Below, piece after piece: positions 42,169 through 57,856 of a stretch of 64,000 nt of DNA; the stretch's first letter is position 1, and each line of letters begins with the position of its first letter. The notes beneath the pieces were generated by a model that was not told the origin of the DNA, ran no database searches, and saw only the letters and a list, made by a program, of their open reading frames with translations. Origin of the DNA: Leidyana gryllorum EB-2025a (Eukaryota > Protista > Apicomplexa); NCBI GenBank assembly GCA_048772705.1, contig JBLWGC010000202.1, positions 124,001 to 188,000 of the forward strand, given 5' to 3'. A program made the translations under genes and the position numbers.

Positions 42169-42880
42169 TGTTTTTTTCACAGACCGCAATGATGCTGAAA
42201 TTCATCGCTTCCGCGTCCCATTTCATGATGGAGTGGATCACATCTCTAGCGTCTGACAGAAAGGTGCTGACCGTCGTGGGACCGTGGTCGATAGGACCCG
42301 CTTGACGTCCGTCCATCTCGTATAACCGACCGTCCTTACGGATCAAAGCCACAAAGTGCTCAATCACCCGCGCCTGCAACTCCGTCGTCGGAGGCCCAGT
42401 GTCCCCCTTTGTCTCCATTGCTTGGTGCGCACTCTCCAAAGTCGTGTTCGTTTCCATCTTAGTCGCCCTCTCCTCCGGACCGCAGCCAGCCAACTCCTGC
42501 CTCATCCGACCCAGCGCCCCATCCACCGGAAACTCAAACTTCCCCTTCTCCTTAGCCGGGTCGTCATTCGGGGGCAGATTCATCAATGTATGCAACAACG
42601 CCACAGTCCCACACGCATTCGGAATCGACTGACGCGTAAACCACAAACCGCTCTCCTCACCCGGAGCGACCGTCTCAATACTCGCATACCGACGCTGCAA
42701 GTCCACCGTTAGTGGGAACACCAATAACAGAGCCAAAACTGGCTTCGGCACCATGTCAAAGGCCCACTCCTCCAGTGCGAACAGATCCGTAAACATCACA
42801 TCCTTTGGACCGTCCAATCGCTCCGTATACTCTTGAAACACTGCCGGATTCGACTCAAGGGGTAACCAACTGGTGGTCAT
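42149..42880 (-). CDS. UCHL3: Ubiquitin C-terminal hydrolase, peptidase C12 (UCH-L3-like), intronless
   Basis: WLPLESNP, QSIPNACGTVALLH (catalytic Cys), HFVA (His), LYEMDG (Asp), GPIDHG. Confidence 0.93.
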   Translation of the reverse strand: MTTSWLPLESNPAVFQEYTERLDGPKDVMFTDLFALEEWAFDMVPKPVLALLLVFPLTVDLQRRYASIETVAPGEESGLWFTRQSIPNACGTVALLHTLMNLPPNDDPAKEKGKFEFPVDGALGRMRQELAGCGPEERATKMETNTTLESAHQAMETKGDTGPPTTELQARVIEHFVALIRKDGRLYEMDGRQAGPIDHGPTTVSTFLSDARDVIHSIMKWDAEAMNFSIIAVCEKNNAESTA

Positions 42881-42955
42881 CTTTAAGTGGCGTACCGCCT
42901 CCGGTTTTTGAGCAGCCACTGGCGTTTTTGGCCGTGTGCCTCAAGAAAGGAGAAC

Positions 42956-47256
<4,301 letters not shown>

Positions 47257-47486
47257 TCTACCAGCAAGACACTGTCGGAGCTGAAGGAAGTCTCAAAGGG
47301 ATTGAGTGAGTGCTCAAAGACCAATAGCAGTGGCTGCGGCTGGGCCGACATAGAAGTATAGACACACAAACAGAGAGACACAGTGATGGAGGATGACCTT
47401 CTGGCTGGCTACCGCAGGTCACCAGCTGCTAACCGAACAATAGTCTCTGTCGAGCGAACTGAAAAAAACACATTTATATATACACC

Positions 47487-48817
47487 ATGTTGCCGTCTGG
47501 GTGGGCGACGAATACTGATGACGAGGGACGTACCTATTACTATAATGCGGCGGAGGGTATAACCCAGTGGGAACGACCGAGCGAAGTCATCGGTTTACCC
47601 AAAACCGCCCAAGGTGTTCCAGACTTTACCTCACTCTCCACTGGTACCCCATCTTTCCTCGCTGGCAATGTTGATCTGGAGGCGGTAAGTACTCTCATCT
47701 CTCAGATGAGTCTCAGTAGTAATCTCACCTCGCCTCGCCTCCCTCTCCAACTGCCGACATACCTTCATATCATTCTCCCCAGGGCATCACTACTAGTAGC
47801 ACCGCCCCGCCAGCTCCAGACGCCATGGCAGGTTCTTTATACGAAGTACGATCTCAGGCAATGAAGTACTTTGATGTGACAACTGACGAGGTAACACAGG
47901 TGAGTAGGGATTGCCAACTGAAGTTCTGCTGCTTCGGGAGGTTCCGATACTCTCTCTTCGGTTATGGCCTCTGCTGCCTTCTTTCGACACCTAACATTGT
48001 CTGGCAGCGGTTGATGTGCGCTGCACTTCCTTATCGGATGTTGAATAATAACGAGTCGCAAGTCAAACAGCTGGTTGAGAAACCGGATCTATACGGGCCC
48101 TTCTGGATCTGTATGACGATCAGTTTTGCGTTGTTCATGGCAAGCCACGCATACTGCTGGGCATCAGACGCGGTGAGTCTCCGTCCGTCTCCTTTCAATC
48201 AATCCTTGCGTCTGCAGCTCATCAAAACGGACTACGTCACCTTTTACGTTGCCACTTGGGTTGTGAGTGATCGACATCAAAATCCGTGCATCACCACCCT
48301 TCCTTCATCAACAGGTGTTTGCCTTCTGGACGGTTCTGCCCTTCGCCACGAGAATGTTGGCGGTGTGGAACCAAGTGGAGCCCCAATTATTTCAATTAGC
48401 ACATGTGAGTGGTTTTGGCGTCTCTCTCCATCTCCGTTGCAGCTCTATTGCGTCTACGGGTATTCGCTGTTCCCCATTGTACCGATGTGTCTATTATGTA
48501 CTATCCCGTCCAAGTTCCTGCAGTTGATCTTTGTAGCGGCAGGCTTGGCCCTCTCCCTCTCATTCATCGCAGTCAATTTCTTCGAGTAAGTTGCCCTGCC
48601 CGCCTCTCCATCTCCTTCTCCCCCCCGCAGACAATTCGGTCAGATGTCGAAGAGGGTGCGAGTGATGCTGGCAGGCGTCGTGGCTGGGAGTCAAGTGGTT
48701 TTGTTCCTCTTCTTCCCCCTCTACTTCTTTCATCTGCCCCACGGTTTTCATCCAGCTGTGTCACACTCGACCCCAGCGGCGGCTGTACCGCTGGAGGTTG
48801 CGCCTTCTCCACAGTGA
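47487..48817 (+). CDS. WW domain fused to a Yip1 domain (YIPF1/2-like), multi-exon
   Basis: WW: LPSGWATNTDDEGRTYYYNAAEGITQWERP. Yip1: KYFDVTT..PDLYGPFWICMT..CVYGYSL followed by TM helices. The phase-0 intron 47685-47782 joins them in frame. Confidence 0.8.
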
Positions 48818-48834
48818 CTTTTGTAGTTAAAAAA

Positions 48835-51800
48835 ATGGGAAAACGGCCACCTACGTACCTCAAACGTGTCAGTGACGCGAGCACTGAGGATGTGCCCCTC
48901 GCAGGGCGGGTCTTAGACACTCAGAAAGGGGATCCACATCCTCCCATGGAACCCTGGGAACGCGCCCCGCGCTTCCCAGACTCCGATAGATCGCCGCCCC
49001 CGCGGCAGCCTTTGGCCTTCCCTGAGGACACCAGTCCGCTGATCACTGAGCATCGACGATATCCTCCCTCTGGGCTGACTTTACCGCCAGACAACGAGTC
49101 GACACAGATCTATCCGGCGTTTCCCTTCTCGGTGAACAATACCAGCAGCCCTTTACCCTCACAGACGCTGAAATCCGCCGCGACACGACGGCCGCGAGCG
49201 CCGTCCTCGCAGCTTAGCGCTCGCCGACCATTGAGTGAGGTTTCAAGCTCGGAAGGGGTGGACTGGCGCAGGTCAAAGCCCCCACCCTCAATCAGCGAGA
49301 GCGACCATCAACCCCTCCCTCTGGACACCACACGTCTCCGGCGACAGAGGCCACACGAAGTGGCCCTCGAAGAAGAAGACTTTGCGGAGGCGACGGTGGC
49401 TGCAGAAGCCAACAGGGTGTCGGCCGACTTTGATTCTCAGGAGAGCTTTTCGGAGGCGAGTGTGACCGAAGTACCCCCCTTCCAGCCGTACAGTATATCG
49501 GTCGCAGAAGACTCGATTGTGGCAGATGACGGGATAGACCACCACTTATTGTGCGGGATATGCTGCAGCCTCGATGTCAATGCTCAGTTGAGCAGTTGCG
49601 GGAACCGACACTTATTCTGTTATGACTGTATCAGTGTTTGGTGAGTTTCATATTGTTCTCGCAGGGTGGTGAGGTTGCCCAGACCCTTAACCTTTCTCAT
49701 TTCAAACAGGATGGAGAAACACGAAACCTGTCCGATGTGTCTGCACCCCATTGATCCCGATGAAGTTTGCCCTCCATCCAAATCTATTCGACGTGAACTC
49801 TGCGACACCATCGTACGATGTCCATACTGCACGTTCGAAGCCACCGATTGGATCGGGCCTTTACGCGACATTGCTCGGCATTGGAGGACCGATTGTCCCT
49901 GCCCACGTGCGCGCTGCGAGTGAGTGATCTGGCAATTACGACTGCGTGTCAGCAATCCCTCCAGTTTCTTCGTGGTCGGCTGTCCCGAGGAATGTAATCC
50001 CGGACTGCTGTCGCGCCATCTGTATCGCGCCCGACGTCAACACGTCCACATGATGCGAGCTCGTCTCGAAGCAGAGGAGCTTCAGAAAGAGGCCGTGGCA
50101 CGGGAACTCCAAGCCGTCGAAAGACAGTTGCATGAAGTTGGCAGTACCAAGGCGTCAACTGCCGAGGCGCTGCCCACCTCCCGCACGGACGCTGGAGGGT
50201 GGACCGCCAATCTGCGCACGCGTTCATTGCGGGCTCAAAGTGTTGTGGCACCTCCAAGTAGCCGAGTGTACATTGATGGTACCACTTGGATGGAGCACCT
50301 ATTGTGTGGTCGGGGCTGGACGCGCCCCGAGTTCCCACAATTACACATCTTACGACTCACATCGCTCAGTCGCCTCGGACCTTTAGTGTTGCCCGGATGT
50401 GCACCCACCAGGGTCGAAGTTCTGTCCAGTGGTCCGGGGTTCGTCTTGTCGTCCCCGAGTTCTGAAGATCTCGAAGTCCTGCATGTGCTCATTGCCCCCA
50501 AGTTGAGGATGAGCATTCCAGGTGCAGCGATGTTGAGAAGTGACGGGGATGAGCCTCGGCGTGGTGACGAGTCGCCCGTTAAAACCAAGTTATGCGGACC
50601 ATTCCGCTCCTGTAAAGCCCATACCTCCGCTGAGATCCCCTCAATAATGGTCGGTGCCACTTCACCTATCACGCTGTACACCTTTGAGGTAAGCCTGTGA
50701 GTGGGGGGTGTGGTGAAGTGGGGCTGTTCGTGAGACACCTCTGGAAACCTCCAAATCCAATGCGTCTCCCTTTTGTTAGCTCAAGGAAGTCCCGGAGCAG
50801 GGCTTAGTGGTACGGAAACAGCACGCAGTTCGCCTGCCTATACTGCCGGGTGGAGAGTCGCCTAACGTCTTGGCCTTGCACATTTGCCGAAGGACCGGGT
50901 CTGCGTGTGCTGTGTGTGTTACGGATCCCCCCGTCTCGGTCCGGGAGGGTCCTCCACGGGTGATGATAACTAATTCATTACGCCAATTCACTAATGATGA
51001 CTGTATGTGGCGGAGTGTTTCGCCCAGTAATAGTTCGGCGTCCTCGACGCTGAACCCGGCCTCAATGATAATTCACGATGACAATCTGTTCGTTCTTCTC
51101 CGGCAGAGTAAGTGCTCCTCAACTCAGCAAAGTTGAAGTCATGTTGTGACTGCCCAATCAGCGTCCCCAAACCCTTTAACTGCTGGAGTCTGTGCTTCGT
51201 CTGGCTCGATCTATTTGAGGAAACCGGTCTCCCAGAAATATCGGAGGATCTTTCTGCGAGGCGACAAATTGAATCATTCTGCCGCACCTGGCGTAAAACT
51301 GCTGGTTGAGAGACTCTTGGCAGAGGCGACACGGACATACGAGGCTTTGTGGTTGTTTCTATTACGGCTCAGCTATCCAGAAGAGCTGCACGACGCAGCA
51401 ACTGAGGAACCTCCCCAACTACTGGCTGCCACCAAACGAATCGGAGACGACAGGGTGACTCGGGTGCCGATGAAGGCTCTTCATCTTCTGGATACTCGCC
51501 GGGTGAGCTTCGATTGCTGCAGTGCATTGTTGCCCAAAGAGAACCGAGGAGACCCTTTAATCAATTTGTCACTGCAGGTGGGGACAGTGCCGGTGGATGA
51601 ACGGCCTCCGGTGTTTGTGGATATTTCGTACCCTTTCTTACCGGTGATTATGTTGGAGTTTTGGGTAGCGGTGCTGGATGGGCGTTCAGACTTGCTGGTG
51701 ATCGCTATCGACCCCTCCTGGAAGTCTCGTTGTACTCAGTGGAGTGTCACTTGCGGATGGAGATCTTTCCTGTCCGCTCTTGTCATCCTCGTTTACGATG

Positions 51801-52072
51801 CTCCGAGCTCGAGTTTCAAGTTGTGCAACGATCAAGCGTGGAAGTGGCGATACCTGCGGCATTACCATGCCGCCAAATCTATCTATGGGCGTACGACCAG
51901 TCTCGAGGCGCCTATGAGTACGGCCCTCCAGACGATAGCAACGAAGGTTGCGCGTCAAATTGCTGCCAACACCAGCGAGCCTGAGGCTCGACTGTTGGGC
52001 AGCCGTTTGGTTGACATTACGAGCGCTCCTGAACGACTATTATCACTTTATCGATATTTGTTTCTGCAGTAG
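48835..52072 (+). CDS. RING finger plus TRAF-type zinc finger plus coiled-coil protein with a long unrecognised C-terminal region, multi-exon
   Basis: CGIC..CGNRHLFCYDCISVW|MEKHETCPMC (RING). VRCPYC..WIGPLRDIARHWRTDC and CDFFVVGCPEEC..SRHL (TRAF-type Zn fingers). In-frame splices link ORFs 48409, 49666, 49924, 50807 and 51146. Confidence 0.7.
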
Positions 52073-52285
52073 TAAGTAGGCGGCTTGTGGCAGCAGCCAG
52101 CCAGCCTCGCTAGCCGAGTCTGAATGGAGATCAGAATCTTATCTCATCTCCCTTCAATCCTTCTCGACTCTTCTCACTCACTCACTCACTCATTCATTCA
52201 TTCACGATTCCTTTCATCCAGTCAGTCACTTGCTGACTGAGGACGCAAAAACTACACCTTAAAAACTGTCTGTAGGAGTCAGTCA

Positions 52286-53035
52286 CTACTTCATCAAGGC
52301 GGCCAACGCCATACTGAATAGAAAGGCGTCGGCCAATAGCGTTAGAGTCCACCGTCTGCCCATAGTGCGATGTAAATGCTCAATCTCGTCTTCTAGTTCA
52401 TCCGATGTCGTCTGGCGGTGGAAATCAAAGTCGTCTCCGTCACCCTTTCGATCGTCATCGTTCGCTATCTCACCACTTCCGTTATCCGCCGAGGTGGAAT
52501 CTACCAGTGGACGGTGCCGCTCCTTCAACGGAACCACCAACGGCGGAGGAAGCTCAAAAAGTCGCTTTCCAGTACTCACATCAAATGATAAAGCACCCTC
52601 ATTCACGTTGTGGATGGCGCTGCCAGGGCTAGTTCTATCAGCAGCTGGCACTGATACTTCTGTGGGACTAGCTGCGTTGACATCCTCCTGCTGCTGGTGT
52701 TGTTCCTCTTGTTGCGTTGGCTCCTGCTGATGATGCTCTCCATCAGCAGCCCCGCCAAATAGTGCTGCTGCAGGTAGAGCTCTGTGGTCTGCTGCCGCCG
52801 ACCCTTGCGGATCAGTGGGGTCAAATAGGTTGAAAGTGTCTTCAATGGCGCTGGCGGGCCCTGGAGGAGACACAGTCGTCGCAACACGGACATATTTTAG
52901 CCGTGACCAAATTGGATTGTTGGCTGGGGGTAAATTGGTGTTATCACCCCATTGACACAAGCTCGTTCTTGAACAAGCCGCTACCTGACGGCCGCCCAAA
53001 AGCGCTAAACTAACCAACCACAAGCAGCTGTGCAT
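52286..53035 (-). CDS. Putative secreted or surface protein (signal peptide plus C-terminal hydrophobic tail), 249 aa
   Basis: N-terminus MHSCLWLVSLALLGGRQVAACS; C-terminus RWTLTLLADAFLFSMALAALMK*; intronless ORF. Confidence 0.6.
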   Translation of the reverse strand: MHSCLWLVSLALLGGRQVAACSRTSLCQWGDNTNLPPANNPIWSRLKYVRVATTVSPPGPASAIEDTFNLFDPTDPQGSAAADHRALPAAALFGGAADGEHHQQEPTQQEEQHQQQEDVNAASPTEVSVPAADRTSPGSAIHNVNEGALSFDVSTGKRLFELPPPLVVPLKERHRPLVDSTSADNGSGEIANDDDRKGDGDDFDFHRQTTSDELEDEIEHLHRTMGRRWTLTLLADAFLFSMALAALMK

Positions 53036-53095
53036 AATATGGATATGAGACCGGCCACGCAAAACCCAAATGTCCCACCCAACGATTGCGTCCCT

Positions 53096-53884
53096 ATGAA
53101 CCAAACGGAAACTCAGGCTCTAATAGAACAAGCACTAAGTCTCGGCCTCATTCGAGACGATATGGTCCGGAGAGGTTCGACTCGAAATCTTACCTTGGAT
53201 GAAAATAATCCGCCCGGCGAGTTCCGTCTGGATCCCGCACGGAGTGATAGTATCGAGCCCCTGCTCCGCGAACTCAAAACATCAATGATCAAACGAAAGA
53301 TCCTCAATAATGCCAAACCGGTGTGCCGCCTCGTCAAACACACAAACTCTGAAGGGTAAGCCCCTGAAATAGCTGGAAGGGTCCAATCGGGATGGGAGGA
53401 GTGGGTGAAAGTGGTACTGTGCTCGACTCCTGCGGAAAGAGACTGAACCCACGTAAAGAATTCGTTGCCTGTGATACATGGGTGTTGTGACTATGTATCC
53501 GACAGGCTAGCCTTTATAACGGTTGAGACCGATTTCAAGCTGAACGCAGTAACTTACGCCCATGTTCCAGTGGCCGGCGGCAACTATACCGCAACAGTGA
53601 GTCACATACACACAATCACACACGTGTGTGCTATATGTACGAGACTTGTCTACCAGGACCCTCTGAACGGCAAAGAGTGGAAGGTGTCGGCTCTGTATGA
53701 CTCGGAGCGGCATTTATTGATTCAGAAGCGCCAGAACGAGGATTTGGGTGTTTCATGGGAGGTTCGAGGCGTGTTTCTTGACGAAAGCAACAGTCAGGAA
53801 GAGATGAGGCTTCGCATGGCTCTAATTACCAAGGCTGGGGCACTGGTGGAGGCAGACAGAGTGTTGGTAAAAACTATTAATTGA
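53096..53884 (+). CDS. Calycin/FABP-like small beta-barrel protein (tentative), 2 introns
   Basis: GEFRLDPARSDSIEPLLRELKTSMIKRKILNNAKP resembles the FABP-type N-terminal strand and helix-turn-helix, followed by beta-strand-like segments. Donors GTAAG near 53356 and GTGAG near 53597. Confidence 0.45.
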
Positions 53885-53913
53885 GGTTCTTTTTGTTGTG
53901 TAGGATAAGCAGT

Positions 53914-56900
53914 ATGTATGATGGGGCGGCCGACATGACGCCGCGGCCAGACGAACGGCGGAACGAAGGGGAGCTACCGAGTTTGCATTCCACCAGTCCG
54001 TCGCTGAGTCCGCGAACGCCTGTGACTTCACCAAGGCAACGATACAATGTCGCCAACACTACTAATCACTTCCCATCGCGCCAGCCAGCGCCTCGAAAGT
54101 TGGCGACTGGCATGACGTCTCCCACTCAAGTATTCATTGGCAAAAATAGTTCTCCGCTGGCGACTCCGCGCAAACAGCGCGAGCCGTCGTATGATACCGC
54201 CACGCCGGACGACTTGGCAGGTGTAGGGGAGTTCGAAGACGACGGAAACCACATCATAGAGCGGCGGCCCCGTACGCCACCTTCAGTTAACGATGTGTCT
54301 CCCCCTGCTCCACCGACAGCAGCAAACATATATCATGCTGCGAATGAGGGTAGTGGTTGGCAAGATATGGATGCACATCAACACCAGCATTATGAGCATT
54401 TCGTCGAAACGAATCCACCGGGTGATTACCACTTTGAGCAGGATTTAGGTCCACCCGATACAGCCATGTCGATGTCATCTTTGGATGAGGAGGAGGAAGC
54501 AATAATGGAATACGATCTGCGTTACCATCAGCGAGAGGCGACTCCTTTAGACGACGATTCTCGTTTTGTGTTGGAGGAGACGGATGGAGACGAGGATGAC
54601 ATGATTGTGGTGGAAGAGGCGCCTAATTCAGAAACTACGTTACCTCCAATGGCGAGTTGTTATACGACTGATGGAGCAGCTTCCTCCGTTTGTGGGTACG
54701 GTAATGGGTACAGTGGGGCTGAAGAGGTCCCACTTGACGACGACGACCCACTGGATGATACTTCGGACGATGATGATGGCACCACAACGGAGGGTGACTT
54801 CAATCCACATATTGTCTCTCCTGATGCATCCGGAGTGATCGTGCCGATTAAAGACGATGATCGGTTGAGCACTCCCGTTTTGACTACCCCTTTACTTTCG
54901 ACCCCACGCCTGCGTATGCCAGGACAGCTGCTGATTCCTACCGAATGGGACCCTCCAGGCGCTGCCGCCAGTAGTGTGCCGGCGCCTTTGGCTTGGCACA
55001 CCGCCGCGGTTGACACTGGTATGCGACAGTCCACGACGGAGGCACCCGCAGCTTGGCAAACGGCAGCAGTGGCTCCGCGTGCCTACAATCTCAATTCTGA
55101 CACCACCGACCTCTACGTACACCCGGGATCTCAACTGAGTGCGAGCCTGATGCTGCCGCGCCCAGAGCGAGATCTTGCGAATCAGGCGGCGATTACCACT
55201 GAGGACGAGGGGGGACAGGATGACGACTCCGCCGCGAGTTTCGAAGAAGAGACCACGGAGGAGACTACGGAGTATCGGCCGCGACCGGAGCCGTTGTCAG
55301 CGAGGGACACTTATTATCAGCCGCAACCGCCGCTGTTGCAACAGCAGTCAGTGCCGGAACCGCATCCCCAACCGGACGATGCCGTTGAGCAGCAGCCTCA
55401 ATGTCAGAAACCACTGCTGAACGGTGCGGCTTTGCCAACAGCCCGTTCGGATCTCTCAACGACCGCCCCTAATGGAGGTGGGTCAACTTTGCGTACATTT
55501 TTCAGCTCAAGTTCGCCGTGGAACACTCCTCGGAGCAATATGCCTGCGCCACTTTCCGCACGCACAACAGATCGACCGCCGCCTGAGATCTTGAGACGAC
55601 GTCTTCTGCAAACTGAACAATTACTTCCCCGACCGCCTATGCGACGCACAACCGAAATTCATCATCCCCGACCCCGCGAAGATGACTTCGTTTCTCCTCA
55701 TTATCACCAGCACAATCTCAATACCCCTTTCACCCTCAATTCCCATCAACCAATGACACAACCGCAATCGTAAGTTACTAATTTAACAGTTTCTCCACTC
55801 AAACGGCTGTGCGTAGGATTGCTGGAGAGAAATCTGTAACAGTTCGTACAACGCCCTTCAGATTGGTGGGTACCCCCACTCCGTGGAGGGACAACCTGGC
55901 GACTCCCGTACAACCGTCTCCGTCTCCAATTTCCCCGCCCTCCTATCAGGAACTCTCGTCTGTACCTTCTTCGAGTTCCGATGGGTCCTATTCGTCTGCT
56001 TCGCCGGCGGAAGAGCCTTCGTCTTCCGCGACTACTTCACTACCGCCGCCTTCCTTCCCACACTGGTCGACTGGACACCGCACCTCCGGTGTCGTCAGGT
56101 CGGCTTCGCTTGGGCACACTTTGTTGCAGCGTCAGCAGCACCAACACCAGCAGCAAGTTCCACTTCACTCACAACAACGTCCTACAAATGTCCACCGCCA
56201 CTTTACCACAAGTCTGCCTCCAACTCTGGGCCGTAGTCCCCTCGTCTCCCCCAAGCCGCAAGATCCACCAGAAGGACAGCAGCCGGTTCAGTCGCTCGCC
56301 CCTGCCTGGATGAGTTTCTCCTTTGGTCCTTCTCATTCCGCCTCCACCTACGCGGCTCCCGTCAAGTCAACGACACTCAACTCGTCGGCCCACACCACCC
56401 CGCCTGCTGCGAATGTGACTCCATCAGTGTCGCGACCAGCCGTAGCCGCTGTGGCGGGGACCTCTCAGCCTCAACAACAGTCGTCGCATTCCCAGGGGGT
56501 GCTGCCCGAGAACCGCCCGCTTACAACAAGTCGGCAGGCTTCGAGCTGTGCACCTCCTCCTCCAGCAGTAGCTGTTCGGCCGCTACCACAGCCTCTAAGC
56601 TCACATCACCACCCATCGCTGCTGGGTTCACCCCGCGGCTGGACTCCATCAGAGGCGGCTGTGCCGCCACCGAGGGTACCACGGGGTCGCTCACCTTCCT
56701 CTGTGCAGATACCCACCGCGCAGATGGCGTCGCCGTATGTCCCCTCAACAGCAGCACCAGCAGCAGCGTTTCACGCAGCGAGACAACAGCCGTCTTCATC
56801 TCATCTGCAGCATGAGGTGCGGCCGTCAATCCCTCCATCCACTCGTGGTAGGGTAGTATTGCCGAGTCGGCAGGTGACAGGATCAACTGTGTTGACGAAC

Positions 56901-57614
56901 ACTCCAAATCGTCAGGCGTCGGCGAGACAGATGCCTGCGTTCGAGGTGGGATTGTTGCGAGGACAAATGAGCACTAACCCGCTACCGACGCGTGTTCTCA
57001 ATCGGAGTCCGTTGGCTGAGCAGTTCCACCGGGCGTCGAGGCCTGTGGTCGAACCTCCAACCCGAAGTTTACAGACGACCAACAACGCGCCCCCCGTTAT
57101 TCACCGCAGAATGATGCCCGTTATCAGAGAGGCGGGCGATGTCCCCGTGAGACCGCTGGTGGGTGGGAGTATCCAGCCGGTGCCACAAGGGCATATGCTG
57201 ATGGCGAGCCCTCTGAGCTCTCCCCGGATTCCCCGACCAGCGGTGGGGTACCGGGCGCTCCCTGAGCGAGTACCATCTGTGGTGGGGCGCAGTTCAGTGT
57301 ATCCTATTTCGAGACTCCCGTCTCGACAGGCGTCCACCGCCATTGTAGGGAACACAGTGTCGTCAGTTCCGAGAGGGCGCGATGTGGTTCGCGGTGCTCC
57401 GGATCTGACAGCAGCAGGGGCAGAGCAGCGATCCTCAAGTGTTATGGAGGTGATAACGAATGTGACTACGACAACGACTGCTGCTGCTCCTGCGGCACGC
57501 CAGCGACACACCTCTTTCAGTCATAGTCGGAGACGGAGACGGCGGAGCGCGTCTGGTGCATCTGCTTGTTGGAAGAGACTTAGTTTGATGTGCAACGAAT
57601 GCTCGAGGCGTTAA
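53914..57614 (+). CDS. Large (~1200 aa) intrinsically disordered Pro/Ser/acidic protein, one short intron near 55770-55816
   Basis: ORFs 53881-55773 and 55809-57614 join in frame through TC|GTAAGT..GCGTAG|G. Cys-containing basic C-terminus (RRRRRR..CWKRLSLMCNECSRR). Confidence 0.7.
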
Positions 57615-57856
57615 TTCTAATTCTTTGTTTGTCGTCTGTCTGTCTGTCTGTCTGTCGGAGGTAGTCGTTGTGTATGTATGTTTCTGTGGACGATGAATCA
57701 TCTATCAATAGAGCGCGTCTTATTGTAAAAATGGCTTCAAAGGTCTTCTAATTGGATAGTGCGTGGCTGCTGGCGTTGGTCGTCGATGTAGCAGGCGACG
57801 CACTGAGTAACCACATCAGAGGCATAAGCGTGTGGCGGACGTATCGCGTATAGAGC

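Noticed and set aside
42169-42177. A-AAA-AAC as a -1 frameshift heptamer at the UCH end
   Set aside because: A -1 shift does not enter the NKAP frame, which is +1.
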